DNA of 64,000 nt from Andalucia godoyi And28 (taxonomy: Eukaryota; Protista; Jakobida). The position numbers and the translations under genes are program-made. Below, one piece after another: positions 11,701-20,600 of this stretch. Position 1 is the stretch's first letter, and the number at the start of each line of letters is the position of its first letter. The notes beneath the pieces were generated by a model. The model searched no databases. It had not been told where the DNA came from and saw only the letters and a list, made by a program, of their open reading frames with translations. The DNA lies in NCBI GenBank assembly GCA_009859145.1, contig VRVR01000015.1:299705-363704 (forward strand), written 5' to 3'.

Positions 11701-12627
11701 TTTTGCAGAAATGTGAGCGAAGGGGATTATCGTGATGATGGTCCCCGAGAGCTGACGATGACGGTCATTGCGTACACGCAGCTCATCTATATGGTTCTTC
11801 TTTTCGGAATGCTGGGCGTGTTCATCGTACGGGATGCCATGCGTGTCATGGACGTCATCTGGTTCCGTTTCGTTTTCAAAGGCAAGTCCTTAAAAACAAG
11901 CCGAGTTGCCGCGTCACCCGCTTCCACAAAGTCTTTCCCGTCCCTTATTTTTTCGAGTGCGAACCCCGAAGATCCTGTCGGATTACGAGCTCTGAACAAG
12001 ATGGAAGGGAGCAGCGTTCCACAACCGTTTGGAAAATCCAATGTTGGTATGCCGTCCCCCAAATCAAAGGACGAAGCCGATCAGAACAAGGAAATACCGG
12101 TCGCTGCACATCCCGCTGCGGCAGAGCACCCTGTTCCGGATCCACATCTCGACTCTGCAGGACCGGTGAGTGGTGGCCATTCGCAATCGCAACCTGTAGA
12201 TCGGGTTGGCAATGGCGATGGCGATGGCGATGGCAATGGCGATGGCGATGGCGATGGCGATGGCGATGCGGATATGCAGTCACCACTAGAAAAGTCGCCA
12301 TTGCCGACCACCCCCCTCTTGCAAGTACGAGCAGTTGATTCCTTGTCTCCTCCGTCACCGCTGCCTGCAATCACTCCTTCTGCGGAGCCGACACATTTGG
12401 AGAATTCGCGAGGCACCGCAAACCAAGAATCTCTGTTTCGTAGGGATTCCGCAATCGATCGTTCAGCAGCCTCGTTGCGGCCTTTGAACCCGCTCCTTTA
12501 CGCTATTGCTCTCCCTCCGACCGCTCTGACAACATCCGTCCACCCGTTCTCTGCCATTTCTTCGTTTCCTTCACATGCATCATTTCCTCCCCCTTCCCCT
12601 CCACAAACATCCTCCACATTATCGTGA
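8722..12627 (+). CDS. Large multi-pass receptor-like protein: signal peptide, about 10 RCC1-like repeats, ephrin-receptor-like (GCC2/GCC3) Cys-rich repeats, EGF, about 7-TM module, Pro/Ser-rich tail
   Basis: Repeats FAALKSDGSVVTWG at about 40-aa spacing, CPxGTYS-type repeats, CTCKNGGECVPREAICVCRRGYSGEFC, hydrophobic helices at about 10810-11870. Likely start ATG 8722 or 8734. Confidence 0.85.
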   Translation: MLTTMFFTALCVFLVGVSVCVSDGARVISAYPRFFGYPSWDGLGSNYAQNYTSSVVTWGDPDSGANASAVSARINSGTVAVFSNKYAFAALHRTGSITTWGDAQYGGSSSSTVSSRISSSVVSVFGNEGAFAALKLDGSVVTWGDAGYGGDSSGVADLVASNVQHVYSTKSAFAAVKSDGSVVTWGDPSSGGDSSAVANKLTSDVSRISATCCAFAALKSDLSVVTWGSAMHGGHTSSTITGVRVIVSTDTAFAAIKLDGSVVAWGNQTGGGDVSFATSSLSSGVVAVYPSSSAFAALKSDSSLVVWGGDAAADTSLVASHLQSDIVSVTASSNAFAAVKRNGSVVAWGLSTGGGTIPTNASTQLLSGVVAVYSSHQAFAALKQNGTVVAWGNPLFGGNATEVHQQLLIGAIDVFPGYRGFSALKDTGELVTWGGISITGPLALYVTSGVIAVSSTSSSSAALRIRCYPGTYSVFDGLTSSRCVSCPVGMFGTIDGALNPLFCSYCPGGTFSNVSGIDLSGCHTCPAGTYSNGLKTNCSLCPKGTYGMEEGANSNGTCAPCPAGSFSTTAGSPSCSHCPMNFYSFATGALSANVCMPCPEGLFTNTTGASYCIGCNSTSLYYNASLDRCVSCSSDTVYLVVNANGTGCRPCTCKNGGECVPREAICVCRRGYSGEFCEHSMLTPTPAGIPAEGSGKVAMTAITAIAYATALPIYPGVVYLLLNSVLFATRLALLSLAYPVWFIKFAQCYRVLLMSFPVLNAAPISDPEAYESNLVIYTVETAGSFDQYLGIVLFALLLVVLAILAFFALLAGGLVQGLRIWKPEVDIVNVMIFLATRLHAILSMMLYSCIFPIFLGVFISIASGNAGLGWVMLFFWLLIAAAVFVAEPVYRNWRRTASDRNVPCSSSNTSLLILLFRPPCWWFPFVSTIQFTLEALLIVMAAEGRISSESVLTVAMSFSLARALFVAVMHPIRSWPVHTMDLLYAGLDSVFLIFCRNVSEGDYRDDGPRELTMTVIAYTQLIYMVLLFGMLGVFIVRDAMRVMDVIWFRFVFKGKSLKTSRVAASPASTKSFPSLIFSSANPEDPVGLRALNKMEGSSVPQPFGKSNVGMPSPKSKDEADQNKEIPVAAHPAAAEHPVPDPHLDSAGPVSGGHSQSQPVDRVGNGDGDGDGNGDGDGDGDGDADMQSPLEKSPLPTTPLLQVRAVDSLSPPSPLPAITPSAEPTHLENSRGTANQESLFRRDSAIDRSAASLRPLNPLLYAIALPPTALTTSVHPFSAISSFPSHASFPPPSPPQTSSTLS

Positions 12628-13349
12628 TACAGCCGCATAATAAAACATTCTGTACATTCGTTTCCAAACTGTACGTCCCTCACTCTGCCAGCATGCACTC
12701 GCGGCTCGCTAAAAACATGAATCATTATTGATCATTATCGGCCAAGCTGTCACAGAAGACAGATCCAAGCCACATGCTGTTGTCTTTTTTGGGGCGAGCA
12801 CCAGCTCTTCAATGCAAACTGCTCTGCATCAAAGGGTCGTCGCAACCACGAGTTTCTTAGTTCTCGGCATCGTCGGGCATGGCCGGTCTGAGTTTCTTGG
12901 GAAGATCCCTCTTTGGAGCCATGAGGCGTTTGTTTTTGTCTTTGATGAAAGGTGCTGCTTGAGGGTTCGTTTATTAAACAACAAACATGCTGTTTGCTTG
13001 ACATTCAGTCTTGATACAAAAAAGTTGTCAACCGTAGTGGAAAAGTCGATGGTCATCAAATGATTCCCCGCGTGTCGCGTGTGCCCCGACTCCCAAGTCT
13101 CAAGCCTCAACTCCGCAAGTCAAACGAAAGAAATTCCAGCCGGGCTTTCCTTCCTTTCCCCGACTTTTTTCTTTTTGGCTCTCGGCTGCATTGCATATTC
13201 GTGCTTGGGCTTTGTTTAAGCGTTGCTCGTCTTTCCATTGCCTGCCTGCTTCTTTAGGATATTTTTTCCTTTCTGTTTTATAACAATACATTAAAAAACA
13301 GAAAAAGGAATAAGCCAGAAAGCAAAAAAGAAAAAGAAAAAGAAAAAGA

Positions 13350-14340
13350 ATGGTCAAGTCTGCGCTTTTGGTTTGCCTGCTTGCATCGGTTTTTGCGGCT
13401 GTCGTCGTCGCGCGCCGAGCCGAGGTTGTCCGCAAGCCGGGGTATCCGCGCGAGCTGGTCCTCACTCCTCGTCCTCAGGACTATCTTTCGGACGCAGATG
13501 TCCCCGAGACACTTGACTGGCGAAATGTGTCGGGAGTCAACTACCTTACTCCTCTTGTGAACCAGCATATCCCGCAGTACTGTGTATGTCATTCTCTTAC
13601 TGTTCCTCCGCCAAATTTTTTTTTTTTCATTTTCATTTTCACAGTGATCGTTTCTGTATTTGATTTACACACTCACATGCACCTGTACGTACGGTAAATA
13701 GGGAAGTTGCTGGTTGCATGGAAGCACGTCTTCGTTTAATGACCGCTTGAAGATTCTTCGCCAGGCGCGGTTTCCGGACATTATGGTATCTCGCCAGGTG
13801 CTTTTGGACTGTGAAGAGCCGTGCGGGAGCTGTGGAGGTGGAGATGACAGCTGCGTGTGGTCGTATCTTGCATCAAAGGGTCTCCCGGACGAAACCTGCA
13901 ATTCGTATCTTGCAAATGACACCAACTATTGCAATGCAATGGCCCAGTGCAAGACGTGCAGTCCAGACGGAACTTGTGCTGCGGTGTCGAGCTACCAGCG
14001 GTACTACGTCACAGAGTACGGACATGTGTCAGGGGCGGACAACATGAAGAAGGAGCTTACTCGAGGCCCCATTTCGTGTTCCATGGACGTGACGGACAAG
14101 TTTGAGCTCTACACCGGCGGAATCTACTCGGAGTTTGTGCTGCTGCCGTCGCCCAACCACATCATCTCAGTCATCGGGTACTCCAAGGATCCCGCATCTG
14201 GCGAAGAGTACTGGATCGTGAGAAACAGTTGGGGCTCGTACTTTGGCGAAGAAGGAACATTCAGAATCAAGATGCACTCGGAGAATCTCGGTATCGAAAA
14301 CGACTGCCACTGGGGACTTCCCAAGGACCCCGGCTTCTAG
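13350..14340 (+). CDS. CTSZ: Cathepsin Z/X (papain-family C1A), two exons 13350..13583 and 13702..14340
   Basis: Signal peptide, short propeptide, LDWRNVSGVNY, diagnostic NQHIPQYC|GSCW joined across the intron, catalytic His (NHIISVIG) and Asn (RNSWG). Confidence 0.95.
13584..13701 (+). other. Spliceosomal intron (118 nt, phase 0) in cathepsin Z
   Basis: GTATGT donor at 13584, T-tract 13616-13628, CTCAC branch-like motif at about 13672, TAG acceptor 13699-13701. Splicing restores QYCGSCW. Confidence 0.93.
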
Positions 14341-14762
14341 TCCCGTTATATTTAATTAAAAAACCCCCCCAAAAACACCACCAAATAACCAACGTCAAAC
14401 AAAATCCCTGCAAGCTGTCTGTGAGTGGTGGTGAAATGTGCGGGTAAGACAAGGACAAACGCCAGGTTACTTTTCTTTTTCCACATGTAATTTAATTCAA
14501 TTTTTCGTGATAATATATATTTTATTTCAGTGTCTGACGTTTTTTTAAATATTATATTACAGGACGTTAGACAGACGATCCTTTTGTCTTTTCTCGTTTG
14601 AATCCGCGCTGTTTTTCACGTTTCTTTTTTTCATTTTCTTCTTCCCGATCCGTCTTCTACGTACGAGTGCGTGTACCTATTTATTTTGTGGTTTTTCTTG
14701 TTGTTGGAGAAGAGGGGAGAGAGTCTCGATTGAAAAGGACGTGACGGGGGCGACCGGAGAAT

Positions 14763-15809
14763 ATGCATTGGTTCTTGCGCGTTATGGCTCTTCAGATCTA
14801 CTATTTGTATAAAGCGTTCGTCCATTTTGTGACCGGAAAATCGCAGCTTGAGCGCATATGCTTGGCTTCCAACGCGTCCATTTCTGAGACAACTCTGCAA
14901 ATCTACCGCTCCATTCAGCGATCTCGGCAGATTCCACAGCTCCGGTCTCCTGTTCTGTCCCTTGTGTTGTGGAACCGGGTGTTTGATCCAGCAGACGCAG
15001 CTCTGCAGCTTGCGGTTTACAAGAAATTTAAGAACGTCGTTGTCCATTCCACGCCGACGAGGGTGAGGGATGCAGGACGTAAAAAACAGCATGTGGTCTC
15101 GACGCCTGCGTTGGCGCGACTGGAGCTTTCGCTGTCGAGAATATCGTCAGCGAACCGGGTCGTGGAGGCGGTGTGCATGTGTGTTGCCGAGCATTTTGAC
15201 CAAGTGGATAGCTCGCATCACGCGGTGCTGGAGACGATGTTTGAGTTGTTGATGGGTCGACCGAGGAGAAGACCGCGGACTCCGAATGGTGCGCCGACGC
15301 CGGAAATGGATGCAGAATGGCCGTTGCTTGGATTCCAAGGAAAGCATCCAGAGACGGATTTGCGTGGAGCGGGGATGCTGCCGCTGTACTGCATCCGGTA
15401 TTTCGCATCGCGGCATGGGCAGCTGGCGCAGATGATTTTGCTCGAGTCTTCTTATGAAGCCAATCCCGAGTACTGGTATCCGTTTGCGTGTGCAGCCATT
15501 CACTTTGCATCGGCACTCGCAGCTTACGCAAGACAGCAGGTGTTTCATCACAACGGATGGTGGCTGACACACGCCGCTGCACCGGACGGCACAGCAAAGG
15601 CCTTGGGTGATGATGCGCTGGATCGCGACCAAATCCTTGTGCCGTTTTTCGAAACGTTTGTTCATACTTGGGTCCGCTTTCACGCCTACTGGAAGGAAGG
15701 GAGATTCACCGTCATGCAGTTTGAGCTGGCAAAGCGTCAGTTCTTTGAGCAGCCTCACTGGCGGCATCCCCTATGTTCTCTATCGGCAAGTTCTCTGGCT
15801 TCCATGTAA
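14763..15809 (+). CDS. ELMOD: ELMO domain-containing protein (ELMOD, Arf/Arl GAP)
   Basis: WPLLGFQGKHPETDLRGAGML, WYPFACAAIHF, N-terminal VTGKSQLERIC similar to ELMOD1/2. Confidence 0.9.
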   Translation: MHWFLRVMALQIYYLYKAFVHFVTGKSQLERICLASNASISETTLQIYRSIQRSRQIPQLRSPVLSLVLWNRVFDPADAALQLAVYKKFKNVVVHSTPTRVRDAGRKKQHVVSTPALARLELSLSRISSANRVVEAVCMCVAEHFDQVDSSHHAVLETMFELLMGRPRRRPRTPNGAPTPEMDAEWPLLGFQGKHPETDLRGAGMLPLYCIRYFASRHGQLAQMILLESSYEANPEYWYPFACAAIHFASALAAYARQQVFHHNGWWLTHAAAPDGTAKALGDDALDRDQILVPFFETFVHTWVRFHAYWKEGRFTVMQFELAKRQFFEQPHWRHPLCSLSASSLASM

Positions 15810-15962
15810 AGTATTTGTACAGCTCGGTGTGCATGTACATATGCAGGTGCAGTCACGCATTCCTCCCCCTCCTTCTTTATGTTTCTTTATGTTTCTTTGT
15901 GCAATGTGCTGTGGGTTTGTGATCTTTTATGATGCGCGGTGTTGGAGATTGTGGCACGCTGT

Positions 15963-17078
15963 CTACTTGCTGGTGTCGAGAATGATTTTCCCCATGGTTC
16001 CGCGAGACTCGAGAGCGCGATGGGCATCAGCAACCTGCGAAAGCCCAAACACAGAATCGATCCTGACGTTGAGCATTCCTTGCGAAGCCCAGTTCAAGCA
16101 GTCTGAAGCGCGCCACAGCAGTTCCTCTCGCGTCTCTGTGAAATGCAGGAGGTTGGTGCGTGTAACCATCAATGATCCGCGTTTCATGAGCTCCAGCGGC
16201 TCGACTGCCGGTGGCGTTCCCGATGCATTTCCATAGAGCGCTAGCATTCCACGAGGTCTCAGCGAATCCAGCGATCCAGTAAACGTCGTCTTTCCAACGC
16301 CGTCATAGACCACATCGACGCCCTTCCCTCCGGTAATCTTCTTCACTGCAGCGGCAACATCCTCCACAGTGTACATCACGACATGGTCGGCACCGCACGC
16401 TCTGGCCTCCTTGGCTTTCTCCTCGCTCGACACAGTCGCAATCACCGTCTCCGCACCACGAAGCTTGGCAATCTGGATCAAAAGTCTGCCAACACCGCCA
16501 GCACCGGCATGCACAAGACACGACTGGCCCTTCTGAATTCCGACTCCTTTGGATGTCGGTACGCTGCATGCCAGATAATGCGCAGTCATGCCCTGCAGCA
16601 TCAATGCAGCAGCAACATCAAGCCCGACATTCTCAGGCACCTTGATCAGAGACGACGTCGGAATCGAAGCCAGAGTTGCGTACGAGCCCGTATATGCACT
16701 TGCAAAGCACACCCGATCGCCAATCTTGAACTCGGAATCCTCCACAGCGCTTCCGTCGCCAAGCGACACGATAACTCCCGCACCTTCACGGCCAAGCACC
16801 GCCGGAAGCGGACGTTTGTACGCATCGGCAAGACACATGCGCATGTAGGTGTCGATGAAGTTCACTCCGGAGTATTTGATGGCCACAAGCGCCTCCGTCG
16901 CCGAGGGCGCCGCCACGGCAACTGTCGCCGGCTCGAACACTTCAGGGCCGCCATAGGAACGGATGATTTGCACCTGGGCCGAGGGCGCCGATACAACCGA
17001 TGAGGACGCAGTGGACATTTGAAGTAGCCGAGATCTGTGCAAACGAAAGACGTTCGACCGGATAAGACAAACTTGCAT
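15963..17078 (-). CDS. qor: NADPH:quinone oxidoreductase (zeta-crystallin/Qor, MDR family)
   Basis: GVNFIDTYMR, LGREGAGVI, HAGAGGVG, VDVVYDGVG, YGNASG. The Arg-rich 20-aa N-terminal extension precedes a second ATG at 17018. Confidence 0.92.
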   Translation of the reverse strand: MQVCLIRSNVFRLHRSRLLQMSTASSSVVSAPSAQVQIIRSYGGPEVFEPATVAVAAPSATEALVAIKYSGVNFIDTYMRMCLADAYKRPLPAVLGREGAGVIVSLGDGSAVEDSEFKIGDRVCFASAYTGSYATLASIPTSSLIKVPENVGLDVAAALMLQGMTAHYLACSVPTSKGVGIQKGQSCLVHAGAGGVGRLLIQIAKLRGAETVIATVSSEEKAKEARACGADHVVMYTVEDVAAAVKKITGGKGVDVVYDGVGKTTFTGSLDSLRPRGMLALYGNASGTPPAVEPLELMKRGSLMVTRTNLLHFTETREELLWRASDCLNWASQGMLNVRIDSVFGLSQVADAHRALESRGTMGKIILDTSK

Positions 17079-17202
17079 TTTCCATTAACATGCTTCGAAA
17101 TGGAAGAAGAAGAGGAAAAAGCCCACTGCGAATGCGGCAATGAACAGTAAGGTGCTTTGGACTTGTATTGCAATATCATCAAGGTGGCAAGAGAGGCTCT
17201 CA

Positions 17203-17320
17203 GGTACGGCCATACTAGAGTGAAAATACCGCATCCCGTCCGATTTGCGAAGTCAAGTGCTCTCAGGCTGGAGTAGTACTGAGGTGGGTGACCACTCGGG
17301 AATTCCCAGTGCTGTACTTT
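17203..17320 (+). rRNA. 5S rRNA: 5S rRNA gene (single copy in window)
   Basis: GTACGGCCATAC...CCCGTCCGAT...GAAGTCAAG...TAGTACTGAGGTGGGTGACCACTCGGGAA...GTGCTGTAC. Helix I (GTACGGC/GCTGTAC), helix III with bulged AA, loop E (TAGTA/GAA) and helix IV (GTGG-GTGA-CCAC) all form. Confidence 0.96.
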
Positions 17321-17344
17321 TTGCGACTTTTTTGCGACTTTTTG
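17318..17344 (+). terminator. RNA polymerase III terminator: repeated oligo-T runs (TTTTTGCGAC duplicated)
   Basis: T5-GCGAC-T6-GCGAC-T5 immediately after the 5S 3' end. Confidence 0.75.
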
Positions 17345-17647
17345 CTTCTTTGCGGGGGGCTTTTCTTTATACTCTGGCTTTTGGTCTTTGGTGCGGTGTT
17401 TCGGTTTTGGACGCACGAATTATGTAAACTGCACATACAGCTGGACCCAGGAGCAGGCCATCAAAGAGAAAGGTAGAAAGAAAGAGAGAAGAAAAATAAG
17501 ATAAAGCAAATGTAGTTTAACGTTCATCACACCAAAGTATATGTATATGTATATTTATATATATGTACACAGGAGGAAAGACGACGAAGAAGGAGAACAG
17601 GGAGAAGAAGAAAAAAAAAAAAGGTAGAACGGCATGCCGCGAGTTGT

Positions 17648-20600
17648 TCAAACCGCACGAGGGGATGAACCGTCTTTTGAATCCGAGGAAGGAGTCACGG
17701 AAATGTTCCGAATCCTCGGGGTCGATGACACTGTACTGACAGAAAACACAGTTGAATGGGATGAGTTTGTCCGCGAAAGACTGTCTGGTGGCGGTGTCAG
17801 GAGGACTTCAGTGCTGAAGAACGGAGACAGTAGCGTCTGGGCGGGATTGAGAGGTGGAAGCTGGCCGCTGTTCAATGAACCGGAAAACGAGGACTGAGAC
17901 CGTGTCTGCTGGAATGGCGACTGGGCAATGCGTCTCGGGGACGACGCAAGCGAAACACTGGGCGATTTTCTGAGGATGGCCGAGTATCGCTGCCGAATCA
18001 GATCCGCGAGGATGAATTGTCTGCGCATGGCCTGGTCTTCTGTGGAGCCCGACGTGGGTGCTACCGGCGTAGTCGGACCCAGCAGCGGCTGCAAATCCAC
18101 AAGAGGATTCATCGGAACGGCTGGCTGCGGCGACGGCGACGACGACGACATAGCACTGATATTTTCCGAGTGTTCGACGACAGGTGATAGTCGGCGACGA
18201 GAAGAAATGGAGCTGTAGCTGTGTGACGAAGAAGCAGTGGAATGCACAGAAGAAGTAGTGGAGTGCAGGGAGAGCCTGCTGCCGTGAATCGACAAAGAAG
18301 ATCCATAGAACCCGGTTGCGCTCGATGTTCTTGGTTCGAGGGCTTCGTTAGCAATGCTCTCCATTCCGGGACGCTGGCCCAATGTGTACCACCATGAACG
18401 CAAAATGCTTAGCTTTTGTGACGTTGTGAGTCCTGCCCGAGTAGGCAAGAGGGAAATCTGGGTGCATGCTTTCAAAAAATTGTCATCCAGAGCCTCACAT
18501 TCAGAGCGGGGAGTCGAGAAGGAAGTCGAGTTTGGACTCGGAGTCCGCAGAGACTGCAGATCCAGAGGGGGAAGGTCGCCGTGAATCCTTTTCGGAAAGT
18601 TCGTTACCTGCTGATACGATTTGGTGCTTGTTTTCAATCCAGAACCATCGTCGATCGCGCGATGGCTGCTGTTGTCATTGACGACCGGCTTCACAACCAA
18701 TGCAGGAGACTTGGATCGCTGCCGCTTCATATATCGAGCAACCTTGATCAAAATCCTGCGAGCATCCGAGATCGCTTCGATGAGCATGAACACCATGATC
18801 AGCAAAATGGTTATGAACTGCAGATAGTACAGGAACGTTGCCAGACCGTCCTTGGTAGATGCATCGTCAGACCCGTGTATAGCCCCAACAGTCAGCAGCT
18901 GAAGGACATCCGAAACATCTGCAATCCACGCTACAACGAGCTCGTTCTTTTTGTCAAATGGCTTCATCCACACCATCAAACCAGACATGACCAGCTGAAC
19001 TGCGAGACACAAGACAATCTGGGCTACCGGATTCGGCTGCAGCATTGCAACAATGACGGAATCGACAACCATACGAAACAATTGAATCGATATGAAATAT
19101 ATGGCGCGCTCAGTCAATGCAGAACAGATGCAGTATCCCAAGCAGAACAGGAGACGCGCTGGCCGTCCAAACGCGTGAGCTTGGAAAACGTCATTCTCGT
19201 CGCCATCGCCATCGCCATCATGATCATGATCATTATCATGGGCGTCGTCAGCGTTCCCGCGAGAACGCTTCGCTTCCGTGCCCGATTTCGGAATTTTCGT
19301 CAGGGTTTTGCGCACTTGCAGCATAAACGGCTTCACGTCACCACCATCAGCGGAGCTCTTCTGCTCCCGAAAACCAGCAGAACGCTCAGGTTCATGGTCG
19401 AGCAGCAAAGATTTCTTGTAGCGCACAATCCACTGCATCCACAAGTGCAAGAAAAGAGCAATGAATGCGCTCATTCCAAGCGAATACAACACGAAGGAAA
19501 TAGCAGCCGAGGTCTGGTAACCAAAGGAGGAATTTGTAAATTGGACCGCGGTCATGACAGAGATGCTGTAAAGCGGAGACAGCAGACAGCCCCACAGAAA
19601 CAAGGAAACAAAGGAATAAAGATACGTTTCCGCAACGTTGAGGGGCAGCTTGAATTTGCGAAGAATGAGCGCCCAGACAGCGTATCCGACAATGCAAACG
19701 GCAGCAGCCAGAACAAACGTCCAAACGACTCCGTTTGCACCGTCTTCGACGCACGCGCGAAAGCCATCCGTGTATGAACTGTACACCACGTCAGCATAGT
19801 TCTGAAGCACGGTGTCGGTGAAAATATCAGGGTCCTCGGTCTGGATGTCCATGTCGACTGGGATGCTTTGTGGTAAGAAAGGAATCAGAGACCGCACTTC
19901 AAGTCCCATACTGTGCATTGTCTCGACATACCACAGCGGGAAATTAGCATTCAGTTGCGACACTCTGATGATCCTTTCGATCATCCACAACGCAAACAAC
20001 ACTTGCGCTCCTCCACCGGAGGCAGCTGAAGCAACAGAAGCAGTACCTGCTGCATACTTCGCACCGCCTGCAATGTCTCCAGTTCCCGGATTCACAACAT
20101 CCTTTGGAATATCAGGGACAGAAATCTCCGGCAGAGATGCATTCGACGGAACCGTTATATTCGTACTGTTTCCGAAACCGCTCATGTTGCAGTAGAGCCC
20201 CATCCACGGAGAATCGCACAAGCATGATCCATTAGACAGGCACGTACCGTGCCCCGAGCAGTTTGCGTAGACATCGCAGGACGCCGGAAGACTGGAATTG
20301 GACGGAAGAGTCCCGTTTGCGTTCGTGGAATTATCGACCAGTGTGGAAACATTGCAGTGCGATCCCGTCCAAGACACGTCGCATATGCACGAACCATTCG
20401 TGTCACAGGATCCGCGGCCAGAACAGGAAGCAGTGGAGTTACAAAAGACATTGCATTCTCCAAACGGATAATAGTCTGCGGCGCAAGCGGAGCAATTCGT
20501 CGCGGATGGCGATGCAAACTGCGGAGAGGGACAGAAACACTGTCCCCCCGTCGACTCATTGCAGTATCCACCCGCGCCGCAGCCGGCGGTTGGGCACTGA

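Noticed and set aside
12650-13120. Short ORFs between the receptor and cathepsin Z
   Set aside because: No motif, and stops occur in all frames. It cannot be told apart from UTR sequence.
18581-19777. Long antisense ORFs (also 20249..21043, 28816..29751, 38679..39557, 43397..44467, 46712..47563, 59431..60321)
   Set aside because: They lie opposite well-supported genes and have no recognisable motifs. They are typical shadow ORFs.
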